60,232 nt of DNA from positions 1 through 60,232 of IMG/VR virus record IMGVR_UViG_3300045921_000410; one strand, written 5' to 3'. The position numbers were made by a program, and so were the translations under genes. Below, one piece after another: positions 10,316 to 19,230 of this stretch. Source of the DNA: a virus (Duplodnaviria; Caudoviricetes). How positions within the stretch are numbered: the stretch's first letter is position 1; every line of letters begins with the position of its first letter. A model generated the notes under the pieces. It saw only the letters and a list, made by a program, of their open reading frames with translations, was not told where the DNA came from and ran no database searches.

Positions 10316-11017
10316 TTAACCCTCCTTACTTGCAATCGCAACGATTTGCGAAAGTGCATTTGGTTCAATTCTTTCCAAAAATCCATTGCAACTATCAAGC
10401 ATACCAACCAATGGATTCAAACTTGAATCTGCCAAAGCTGATTTGAAAAGACGCTCTTTAATCTTAGCGTAACCTAACTCTTTTGCTTTTACAATCGGGG
10501 AAGCATTATTTCCTATTGATTGATTTGCAAAGCTTGTTACTGATTTTTGTAACAAAGGTTCATGGGAAATTTTATTTAACTTATCTGTTAGGTTAAGAAT
10601 TACCGCACAAGCTTTGTTTAAAATTTCTCTGTTAGATTTTAGCTCTACATAATTTTGAGCTATACCATCCAAAAGATTTTCTGTTACATGAACCATTTTG
10701 GAATTCATATCAATCGCTTTACCAAGAATTTCAGTACCGTCAATCATAATTGCATCAGCACCATTCATAGTATCTGGATCAATAGAATCAAAACTTGATT
10801 GCAAAGACTTTCTTAAATCTTTCGCCTCATCAAAGTTTTTTAAACAGTCCTTCATAAAAGATTGATTTTCTTTCATGAATCGCTTCATGTACTTTTTCAT
10901 ATTCTCTGCGTCATAACCATCACCGTCATCATCGTTCGATTCTGACTTTCTAAGAGTTTCGTTTAACAGAGACCTTAACTGTTCTGTGGGGTCTTGATTA
11001 TTTTGTTCTGGTTCCAT
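10316..11017 (-). CDS. Capsid scaffolding protein
   Basis: Between protease and capsid genes; helical and acidic; four L-x-K-S motifs (LRKS twice, LQKS, LFKS). Confidence 0.7.
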   Translation of the reverse strand: MEPEQNNQDPTEQLRSLLNETLRKSESNDDDGDGYDAENMKKYMKRFMKENQSFMKDCLKNFDEAKDLRKSLQSSFDSIDPDTMNGADAIMIDGTEILGKAIDMNSKMVHVTENLLDGIAQNYVELKSNREILNKACAVILNLTDKLNKISHEPLLQKSVTSFANQSIGNNASPIVKAKELGYAKIKERLFKSALADSSLNPLVGMLDSCNGFLERIEPNALSQIVAIASKEG

Positions 11018-11077
11018 TTTTTTATTACTCCTTATTAATTTTTCCAGATTTACAAGTAGGTTAAAAAATAAACTTTT

Positions 11078-11926
11078 TCATAAATTTTCCCCCACTATTA
11101 ATTTAATAAAATTATATGTTTTGTCTGCTATATCTTTGGAAAGTCCTTTTGAAATATAAAAATCAATTAAGGCTTGTTTACCGACTGGGATACTACCATT
11201 TTGTAATCCATTGATATAATCTATTGCAATGTCCATCGCTTTTTCTAAACTTTGCTTTGCTAAAGCAATCGCCGGAGTTTGCCCGGCTTCTAAAGATTTT
11301 GCCAATAAACTAGAATTATTAAAACTTTCTAAATTGTTAAAAGAAACTATATCTTCTAGTACAGATTGATTTTTTTCTTGATATATAATTGATTTAGCAA
11401 GTGTCACCGCACTGCCATCAGACATTACATACGGTCTTCCAGCGATAGCTATATGATCCCATTTAATTTTTAATATCTTACGAACTATTTTTTCAAGAAT
11501 TTCATTGAAAGTTTTAATCGTCTCTAATATTGATCCACCGACTGAGGCACCTAATACAGGTTGGTCTGCTTTTAAATGAGGCATGATTGCTTCTTTTACT
11601 ATTTTATGATCTTTTGTTAAGTTTGCATAAACTTTGGGAAGTTTTTGATTGTTCTCCGTGTACCATTCAAAATCCACGGGCTTTCCTAAAATTGCGAAAG
11701 CTCTTTGTTCTGTGGTTGGGGCTGTCCTAGATTCGTGCTGCCAATCAACAATTCCTTCTTTGAGAAAAAAATCTATTACATCTGGGGTAAAAGCTAAAGG
11801 ATCAATTTGATCGTCCACTTTATCTACGTTAAATCTATTTGCAATAATAGATACTGGAAGAATACTATCCGTTTCTATGAAATGTTTTGATTTTTGTAGC
11901 GTCCATGATCCAATTTCTATTCGCAA
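11078..11926 (-). CDS. Prohead protease
   Basis: GIVDWQH and LGASVGG motifs; synteny; TTG start with GAGGT RBS. Confidence 0.8.
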   Translation of the reverse strand: MRIEIGSWTLQKSKHFIETDSILPVSIIANRFNVDKVDDQIDPLAFTPDVIDFFLKEGIVDWQHESRTAPTTEQRAFAILGKPVDFEWYTENNQKLPKVYANLTKDHKIVKEAIMPHLKADQPVLGASVGGSILETIKTFNEILEKIVRKILKIKWDHIAIAGRPYVMSDGSAVTLAKSIIYQEKNQSVLEDIVSFNNLESFNNSSLLAKSLEAGQTPAIALAKQSLEKAMDIAIDYINGLQNGSIPVGKQALIDFYISKGLSKDIADKTYNFIKLIVGENL

Positions 11927-11939
11927 ATTTTACCTCTAC

Positions 11940-12019
11940 CGGGAAATAAAAAAACCCGACAACCTCCATTTCCTTTTTTTGCTCAAAAGGGTTTATAGAA
12001 GTTGTCGGGTCTCTTCCCG
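11940..12019 (-). promoter_or_regulatory. Long RNA hairpin with U-tract in the leader of the head operon (terminator/attenuator)
   Basis: ACCCGACAACUUCUAU pairs with AUGGAGGUUGUCGGGU using G-U pairs; outer CGGGAA/UUCCCG; U-rich tract follows. Confidence 0.7.
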
Positions 12020-12071
12020 TCAATTTAGAATGTCTTGTTTTACTATATGATTAATATTTAAAAAAAAGCAA

Positions 12072-12347
12072 CTAAATATTTAATTTACGATCGAATTTTT
12101 TGTATATTAGTTTTCCATCTTGTACTTCAATAGGAATCGTTGTTAAATTCTTACACTGTCCGCATCTTAGAATTAAATCGATTTCCCCGGATTCATTTAT
12201 ATTTAATAAACTGACTGAGGTTTGCATAAGAAAAGTTTTATTATTTCGAATTCCAAGCCCATTTTGACAATTTTGACACCTAAGCTTACCTTTCTGATTA
12301 AAAATATGAACCTTGCCGTTTTCAATACCATAATTTAAATTTTCCAT
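12072..12347 (-). CDS. Zinc-ribbon protein, Mu Com-like
   Basis: LRCQNC...LILRCGQCKNL double CxxC motif. Confidence 0.55.
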   Translation of the reverse strand: MENLNYGIENGKVHIFNQKGKLRCQNCQNGLGIRNNKTFLMQTSVSLLNINESGEIDLILRCGQCKNLTTIPIEVQDGKLIYKKFDRKLNI

Positions 12348-12371
12348 TTCCCTGTTATTTTCCCTGTTATT

Positions 12372-14318
12372 TTACTTCTTTTTAATTACATTGGTAGTCT
12401 GGTCTATTCCATGTCCAATTTCTGTTCCTACTGATTCAGTTTTTTCACCGGACAAACCATCTGCAATAATATTTGCTAAACCTTTAATAGCTGAGACAAA
12501 CGCCTCTTTAGAAGTTTTAGGAAGCCTGGAAAGCGGATTTTTTGTCTTTGGTTCTGTTTCTTGCTTTACTCTCTCCCACTTTCTATCTGACACTTTTTTC
12601 CATTTACTTCCATCTCTCCTAGTTGATATTGTTCCAATATCTGAACCTTTACCAGATTTTTCTAAATTCTCATATACGTATTTTCTATTCTGTAACCCAT
12701 GAGATTTTCTTAAAGAATTAAACTCTTCATTATTCGCCAAATAATAAGATTTAAACTGGTCAATATTCATGTATTCAATAGAGTGAAAAAAAGAATCATC
12801 GTCATAATGTCGATAAAACGTTTCCATAACTTCATCATCATTATTAAAGCCAAAAAATACTTTTTCTTCATCTATCTCACCAGTAAACGGGTCTTTTATG
12901 GTTACGACATAAACGTGGGGAGAGTTTAGATAAGAGCCTAAAAAACAATCGACTTCTTCTCCGTCCATTCCAACTGTATTTTGTACATACCCATACGGGT
13001 AGTCCATAAAAGTAAACCAATCCTCTCCGCTTCTAATAGAGCCGGTTGGATTTTCAATAGTTATAATAAATCCATTAAATTCAATTTCTTCCGTTACTGG
13101 TCTAGGTTCAGGCACTTTTACAAAAGCGTACGTTCCATCTGGTCTGGAAATATATTTAAAAGATTTTGCTAAAGCTGATGGTCTATTTATTTGCCGATAA
13201 GCTTGCTTAAAAGTCTTAGCCGGATTTTCTGTTTTTACTCCCATAGAATCCGCTACTTTATTAACATATACATTCAATCTTTTTAATACTTGCTTAATAG
13301 TGTTATCGTTAGTTCCTAAATTTTTAGCAATTTCTTTAGATTTCTTACCGGCTAAGTATTGATTGAAAATCGTAACGCCTCTTTCTTTAAACGAACTCAC
13401 TTTATTTGATTTAATTTCTTTTATGACTGCCGAATAAATGTCATCTACTTTTTGTTTTGCAACTATTGAAAGTTGTTTTACTTCTTGTTCACTGGCTTTT
13501 TCTTCCGCTTGAATTGTTTCTACGAAACTATCAATTGCATCTCCTATAGATTTATTTTTATTTGTTCGACTCATGTTTCTACCAACATTTGAAAATATTG
13601 TCGCAACATAAGAAGGGAATTTTTCTAAGGCTACATTCTGGAAACTACCTCGATCTTGTAGCTCCATAAGCTTTATAGTAGCTTCTTGAATCAAGTCATC
13701 AATCTCATAACCATCGACATTTGATTTTACAAAAGCGTATGCAAGCGTCCCAGGTTCAGTATAAGAACCGGATACTTTTACTTTCGCTATTTTTTTTATT
13801 CCACTGGGAGTAACAATGGTTTTTTCTTTAACTTGTGCTCCTTGCCAAAATCTTTCTTGAATATAATTAACTAATGTATTAACGTCCTTTCCTTTAATTT
13901 TAGAAAATTCATCCTCAGTGGGTTTTAGTTTATCGTACCATTTGTTGGATTTAGAAATTCTCTTCTCTTTACCTCCTATATCTCCGTCTGGTCGTACCCA
14001 TACGACTCTATTAAACGTTTTTCCGTTTTTACTTTTTACTTGAACTATTTTTTGAACAAGCCCCGGTCTTGCTTTTTGCAAAGTTTCTTTACTACTTTCA
14101 ATCAAAGCATTTTGTAGTTTTTCAAACCTTTTGAATGTTTGCCCAAGCTTAGAATCTTGATTTAATGGTTCATCATCAACTATATTAAATTTGTCGTATA
14201 TGAATGACCCGTCTTCTTTTAACAATCGGTACTTTTCATTTTCATAATCTACAATCACACACTTATCTTCATTGACAGTTCTTACTACTTTTCCATACAT
14301 TTGAGAAATTACGTTCAT
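12372..14318 (-). CDS. Polyvalent-type protein: ECF-like sigma70 domain plus InPase domain
   Basis: Region-2-like EIDDLIQEATIKL...FPSYVATIFSNVGRN; region-4 HTH GKKSKEIAKNLGTNDNTIKQVLKR; InPase-type ITIENPTGSIRSG...YPYGYV..TVGMDGEEVDCFLG...DEEKVFFGF. Confidence 0.75.
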   Translation of the reverse strand: MNVISQMYGKVVRTVNEDKCVIVDYENEKYRLLKEDGSFIYDKFNIVDDEPLNQDSKLGQTFKRFEKLQNALIESSKETLQKARPGLVQKIVQVKSKNGKTFNRVVWVRPDGDIGGKEKRISKSNKWYDKLKPTEDEFSKIKGKDVNTLVNYIQERFWQGAQVKEKTIVTPSGIKKIAKVKVSGSYTEPGTLAYAFVKSNVDGYEIDDLIQEATIKLMELQDRGSFQNVALEKFPSYVATIFSNVGRNMSRTNKNKSIGDAIDSFVETIQAEEKASEQEVKQLSIVAKQKVDDIYSAVIKEIKSNKVSSFKERGVTIFNQYLAGKKSKEIAKNLGTNDNTIKQVLKRLNVYVNKVADSMGVKTENPAKTFKQAYRQINRPSALAKSFKYISRPDGTYAFVKVPEPRPVTEEIEFNGFIITIENPTGSIRSGEDWFTFMDYPYGYVQNTVGMDGEEVDCFLGSYLNSPHVYVVTIKDPFTGEIDEEKVFFGFNNDDEVMETFYRHYDDDSFFHSIEYMNIDQFKSYYLANNEEFNSLRKSHGLQNRKYVYENLEKSGKGSDIGTISTRRDGSKWKKVSDRKWERVKQETEPKTKNPLSRLPKTSKEAFVSAIKGLANIIADGLSGEKTESVGTEIGHGIDQTTNVIKKK

Positions 14319-14319
14319 T

Positions 14320-17300
14320 TTACTTTACCTCTACCTTTCTTTCAAAATTAAAATCTAAATTAAATTTTATTCTACCTCTGGGAGTAACAACTTCCGTAAA
14401 AAAGTCTTCTTGCGTTTTACTAACTTTTTGGAAAGACGTGCCTTCGTACGCTTTACCTTTGTCCTCTCCTGTCGTAAAAATCATCTGGTTATGTCCTTGA
14501 TTTACAAAAACGACCGAATCTTGGTTGTATTTTGCTCCTAAATCTATCACTTCGGACTTTTCTGCTTCTGGCAAAAAGAAAATAAAACTTTCTTCTTTTA
14601 AACCTTCATAAGTTCCTATTGCTCGAACAAACTGAAACCCCATCTTAATTAAATCTTTTTTTAAATCTTCATCTCTCTTAGAAATTTGTTCATCGGTAAG
14701 TTCCATATCTTCTTTAATTTTAGGATTTCTTCCCGCCGATACAATTCCAATTTGTCCATGTTTAAGTAAAGTTTCTATTTCACTTATCTTTAAATTTATT
14801 TCTTTTCCCTCTCCTGGTTTTCGCATAATTTTAAATCGTAAATCTGCGGAAATTTGTATTCCGTCTTTTTTAAATTCATCTTTAGCTTCTTTGATTTTGG
14901 AAATATAATCTTTAGCTATTTTTATAGCTTTTTCTTTTTCCGCCTGGGAAAGGTTACCGCTTGAAATTACTTTGTCAATTTCTATTAACTTTTCAATCTC
15001 ATTTGGTTTTGCATAAGAAGGAATCTCTCCAAAATGTTTTGATTCTCTAAATTTTATAGATGGTGGTGCCTCTCCAATTTTAAACCAACGATTTACTCGA
15101 TTTCCTCTTTTATCTCGTACAGGTCTTAACTCCATTCCCGGACGAACTGCCTTCATTAATTCATCTTGGAAGTCTTGATCAAAATACATTAAAAAATCTA
15201 TTAAGAAATCCACGCCCTCATTAATGACTGATTTTTGTAAATTTGCTACTCTTGCTTTTTCTTCTCCGGTAACTTGCCCCATGAATCTAATTTTTGACAA
15301 ACTTTCCTCATTAAACTTACCGGATTCAACTGCATCTTGTCCTTTTCTACTTAATGCTTTTTTAATATAGCTAAATGCCATTTTTGGCTGTGTTCTAATT
15401 AAATCTGACATTAAATAATCTTTACCACTAATAGTTATATTTGCATCTTTCCAGTACACGTTAACATTTGGAATATCACCTGGGGTAAATGGAACATGAC
15501 TCAAAAATTCTTTAAACGATTTAAACTTTACACCTTGTCCTTTTTTCTTTTCTATAACATTAGTTGGTTTTTGTAAAATATTGTAGTCCATAACTTGTCT
15601 ATTATTCGCTACAACTTTTGGCAACGGTAAATCCGAATTACTATTTATAATTTCTTTGGCAACCGATTCCGAATCTACTGATTCTACAAGTGCCAAGGTG
15701 TCCGCATTAATTCGAGAATAATCACCCTCGACTGTGGCACCTAGAGTAACTAATTTTGTAGCCATTACCGATTTATTCCAGTTATCTATTGGATGATCTA
15801 CATACATTAATTCGACAAAAGCGGGTGACTTAGTGTTCTTTCTATTTATTCTTCCTAGAACTTGTACAAAATTATTTGCGGAAAAAGGTAAGGAAGTTAA
15901 AAACATTCTTCTCGGCTTATCACCTTGTACGTCGTCAAGACTGATCCCAGTACCTCCGGACTGAGGAGTTGTAATAAAAACCTGTGCTTTACCAGATTGA
16001 AACTGGAAAACGCCTGTTTTATCTTTCTTACTTCCAAAATAATCAACTACCTCAATCCCTTGTGCTTTTAATCCATCTGAAATAGATTGTAAGACTGCAT
16101 CGTGGCTGTATGATTGACTTCCTTCTTTTCCAAAAGTAGTATTGACTGTTTCGTTAGTTCTTGCTCCAACGATTACAACTTGTTCGCCGTTTTTAATTGA
16201 TTCAATAGTTCTTTTTATTGTTTCTTTTGCTTTAAACGATTCTAGCATTCCTCTTAACTTCATTAATCCCGTGGCTTTGGCTATTCCACGAAACATTGGA
16301 TTTTCTATAGAATCAATATAATTCTCATAATCGTTGTAAGCTTGATTAAAAGTATCAATATACTCCTCTGGAATAGAAATGTCATTTATATTTGTTTTTA
16401 AATTTTTTAATTCAACTTCTCTTTTTACTGCCAATCCTCGATCTGTTATTGTATTAAAAAATGCTTCTATTTTTTCAGCTACGTTTTTGTAATTATATCC
16501 GGATTTAGGCTCATAAGATATTTTTATAGTTCCATCGGATTTTTTATATTCCCTACTTGTCATTCCAATCATATCCATTAGAGAACTAAAGTTTATTTGT
16601 AGGGCACTCGCTATGTAGTGTAAATGCTCCGGCTTATCGACCGGAGTAGCTGAGAACATTGCTACATTTTTGGCACCCAAAATAAACTCCAATCCTTGTT
16701 TGGATTTCTCACTATCAGAATTTTTTAAATTATGCGATTCATCAAATATTACTAAATCGTATTCTTTGCCAATATTTTTTAACATAGAATAAGTAGTTAT
16801 ATTAATTTCACCCGATTTACCCTCACCTGATTTAATTCGATTTAAACTCGAACCCATTATTTTAGCATCAGTATTAAAAGCGTTTGTAATAATAGATTCT
16901 GATTCAGTAACAATTAAAATTTTTGCATTCGGATTTTCTTTCAAATACGTTTCTGCTAAACCAATCTCTTGTCTTGTTTTCCCGGTGCCTGTACCATCGA
17001 AATTTAAAATAGTTTTGTTATCTTTTTTAAAATTGTCAATAGCAAGATTTACAAAATCTCTTTGTGCTTTGTTTATATGTTTAAGAAGGCTGTCGGGAAC
17101 GTAACTATTTTCTGGGATGACGGTGTTTGTCCATCGCCCGAGTTTATATCCTTCTTGTGAGTACTCTTGGTCGCTTGTAGCATATCGTACATTAGGTTGG
17201 ATTCGCTGATTATTTGATCCCGCACTTCCTCCGGCATGCTCATCAGTTCTTTCAATTCGTTCTCGAACTGAGGGATTTCTTTCACCATTTGTTCTAAGCT

Positions 17301-17442
17301 CATTTCCTTCAACGGGTTCTGTGTTTCCATTTACATTACTCTCCTTTTCTTCTTTAATTGATACGTTTACTGTCTTGTAGTGTCCTCGAACTTTACCAGT
17401 TGCGGGAATCCAAACTCTTTTTTTAATTAAATTACTATTCAT
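14320..17442 (-). CDS. Polyvalent-type protein: SF2 (strawberry-notch-like) helicase plus C-terminal DUF3293-like domain
   Basis: DGTGTGKT, DESH, SAT, QSGGTGISL, QVLGRINR; C-terminal IVSAGRNP...GTY...EESF...LGAKYNQDSVVF. Confidence 0.75.
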   Translation of the reverse strand: MNSNLIKKRVWIPATGKVRGHYKTVNVSIKEEKESNVNGNTEPVEGNELRTNGERNPSVRERIERTDEHAGGSAGSNNQRIQPNVRYATSDQEYSQEGYKLGRWTNTVIPENSYVPDSLLKHINKAQRDFVNLAIDNFKKDNKTILNFDGTGTGKTRQEIGLAETYLKENPNAKILIVTESESIITNAFNTDAKIMGSSLNRIKSGEGKSGEINITTYSMLKNIGKEYDLVIFDESHNLKNSDSEKSKQGLEFILGAKNVAMFSATPVDKPEHLHYIASALQINFSSLMDMIGMTSREYKKSDGTIKISYEPKSGYNYKNVAEKIEAFFNTITDRGLAVKREVELKNLKTNINDISIPEEYIDTFNQAYNDYENYIDSIENPMFRGIAKATGLMKLRGMLESFKAKETIKRTIESIKNGEQVVIVGARTNETVNTTFGKEGSQSYSHDAVLQSISDGLKAQGIEVVDYFGSKKDKTGVFQFQSGKAQVFITTPQSGGTGISLDDVQGDKPRRMFLTSLPFSANNFVQVLGRINRKNTKSPAFVELMYVDHPIDNWNKSVMATKLVTLGATVEGDYSRINADTLALVESVDSESVAKEIINSNSDLPLPKVVANNRQVMDYNILQKPTNVIEKKKGQGVKFKSFKEFLSHVPFTPGDIPNVNVYWKDANITISGKDYLMSDLIRTQPKMAFSYIKKALSRKGQDAVESGKFNEESLSKIRFMGQVTGEEKARVANLQKSVINEGVDFLIDFLMYFDQDFQDELMKAVRPGMELRPVRDKRGNRVNRWFKIGEAPPSIKFRESKHFGEIPSYAKPNEIEKLIEIDKVISSGNLSQAEKEKAIKIAKDYISKIKEAKDEFKKDGIQISADLRFKIMRKPGEGKEINLKISEIETLLKHGQIGIVSAGRNPKIKEDMELTDEQISKRDEDLKKDLIKMGFQFVRAIGTYEGLKEESFIFFLPEAEKSEVIDLGAKYNQDSVVFVNQGHNQMIFTTGEDKGKAYEGTSFQKVSKTQEDFFTEVVTPRGRIKFNLDFNFERKVEVK
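17073..17330 (-). CDS. Candidate overprinted small helical protein nested in the helicase linker
   Basis: AAGGAG 10 nt before the ATG; amphipathic-looking sequence; locally higher GC. Confidence 0.4.
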   Translation of the reverse strand: METQNPLKEMSLEQMVKEIPQFENELKELMSMPEEVRDQIISESNLMYDMLQATKSTHKKDINSGDGQTPSSQKIVTFPTAFLNI

Positions 17443-17452
17443 TTATTTTTAC

Positions 17453-18301
17453 CTACTTATCCGGATATAAACTGTAAGCTGTATTTTCCACGTTTGACCA
17501 AACTATAAAATCAATAACGCTTCTATCTTTTGGAATTTTATTTTTTTCAATGTATTCCATCACTTGTTTAGTTTCAGATTCATCAAACTTATCACCAAAC
17601 AATGAAAATTTTGGTTCATTAGGTTCTCCAAAAATTCCTTCATCAATCATTTCTCGTAAGTTATCTTGGAAAGCTTTTTTATTTTTCTTTAAGTGTTTTA
17701 GATTGTCATTTGTATAAGTGATTCCTTGGTAACCGTTTCCAGCTCCGTTATTAAAAATATCACTCCAAGATTCATTTAAATCTTTTTTAAAATAATCGTA
17801 TATAACTTTTTGAGAATCATTTAGATTACTTAACTGCCTTCCATCGTTTTTAGTTTCTATTTTATTTTCTATTGCAGATTTAATTTTTTGTTTATCGCTA
17901 TCCGACAAATTCTTAAACTTTTCTTCGTTCATAATCTTATCGGAAATTTCTTGTAATTTATGAACTGATTCTACTTCGTTTATTTTGTTCAATATTCCAG
18001 ATATATTTTCTTTATTACTTTTAATCCATACAGTCTTTTGATAATTTCCATTTTTTCCTTGAACTGTTATTTTTTTAGGAACTAATCCTTCTCTAGCTTT
18101 CATAAGATTTTCAATGCTATTGTACAACTGGGAAGCTTTCCGATAGTTTACTAAATTCCAAAAACTATTAGCCTTATTTGTTTGTAACTTAACTAACTCA
18201 GATTTAATCAAATTCATGTTTTCTTCTTCGTTATCTTTCGGAAAGCAAGCATCCACGAAATTTGAAATCCACTTTTTTTGTAAACTTAAAACTTTATCCA
18301 T
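17453..18301 (-). CDS. Putative internal head protein
   Basis: LIKS and LMKA motifs; LMKA is followed by REGLVPKKITVQGKNGNYQKTVWIK, a motif shared with the 12372-14318 protein. Confidence 0.55.
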   Translation of the reverse strand: MDKVLSLQKKWISNFVDACFPKDNEEENMNLIKSELVKLQTNKANSFWNLVNYRKASQLYNSIENLMKAREGLVPKKITVQGKNGNYQKTVWIKSNKENISGILNKINEVESVHKLQEISDKIMNEEKFKNLSDSDKQKIKSAIENKIETKNDGRQLSNLNDSQKVIYDYFKKDLNESWSDIFNNGAGNGYQGITYTNDNLKHLKKNKKAFQDNLREMIDEGIFGEPNEPKFSLFGDKFDESETKQVMEYIEKNKIPKDRSVIDFIVWSNVENTAYSLYPDK

Positions 18302-18344
18302 GTTTCTGTCCTTTTATTTTTTTTAATAGATTTGGATTTTCGAA

Positions 18345-18369
18345 TTGACTCATAGTAAATTCCTATAAT
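18345..18369 (+). promoter_or_regulatory. Possible sigma70-type promoter
   Basis: TTGACT and perfect TATAAT, but only 13 nt apart. Confidence 0.3.
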
Positions 18370-18705
18370 ATGTACTTTATGGAAACCGTTGAAACAATTC
18401 AATCTAAAATTAATATTCTGAAAAAGCAAATAGAAGAAATTTTCTTAATTTCAAAGGTGGAAAAAATATACCAATCAAAACAAAACCATACTTATATTAC
18501 ACTAAATTTATCACTTGATAACCTAAGCATAGATATTTTGGAAAAAAATATTGGGCAATTAAAACAAATAATGATTGAATTTAATAAACTTAAAACCCAA
18601 CAAAATATTTTATTTAACGCCGAACAAAAACAGATATTAGAGACAAACGCCGTCGGTTTGGGTACTGACAAACTCCCAGGAATTAATTCTTCAATCCCAT
18701 TTTGA
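18370..18705 (+). CDS. Hypothetical protein, the only plausible plus-strand gene
   Basis: Fills a gap with no long minus-strand ORF; TATAAT directly upstream. Confidence 0.55.
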   Translation: MYFMETVETIQSKINILKKQIEEIFLISKVEKIYQSKQNHTYITLNLSLDNLSIDILEKNIGQLKQIMIEFNKLKTQQNILFNAEQKQILETNAVGLGTDKLPGINSSIPF

Positions 18706-19230
18706 ATTTAAGAAATACTTCATATCCCACAAAGAAACTCTACCTTTTTTGATCCAAGGAATCATAAAATATTTTTTTAATTCTTGTAAGGTTATTTCCT
18801 TAGTATCCGAATCCCAGAGTTTCTTCATCTCTTCCGGCTTTATCACAACTATAAATTTTTCAGAACCGTTTCTATTCTCAAATTCTACTCCAATCAGAAA
18901 ACACGCTCTCAGACCTTGCCTCTTTGCTTTTAATAAACCTTCGATTTGATTTGGTCTTATGTTATGTTTAGGTTTTTCTGATTTACGTATATCTTTAATC
19001 TGGAAGGCACCAGAACTTTTATGAAATTTTAATTCAATTCCCATTCTCGTTTCTTGTTTCAATCCTTGACTTTTTGGAGTAAAAAGAAAACAATCAAAAG
19101 GCTTTTCAACTATAAAGCGACTAATTCCAGCTAAACCCATTCCATCTGGTATTTTGTAGAACCAGAACTCATTAAACTGGATTGCTAAGCTTTTGGCAAT
19201 TGACAATCTTAAATCGACTTCATTTTTCAC
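18691..19230 (-). CDS. PD-(D/E)xK nuclease, Holliday junction resolvase/RecU-like
   Basis: FYKIPD...KPFDCF...GIELK...IRPNQIEGL. Confidence 0.7.
   Translation of the reverse strand: MKNEVDLRLSIAKSLAIQFNEFWFYKIPDGMGLAGISRFIVEKPFDCFLFTPKSQGLKQETRMGIELKFHKSSGAFQIKDIRKSEKPKHNIRPNQIEGLLKAKRQGLRACFLIGVEFENRNGSEKFIVVIKPEEMKKLWDSDTKEITLQELKKYFMIPWIKKGRVSLWDMKYFLNSKWD

Noticed and set aside
12347-12370. 12-bp direct repeat containing ATAACAGGG (part of the I-SceI site)
   Set aside because: Only a partial match; simplest reading is a duplicated RBS region
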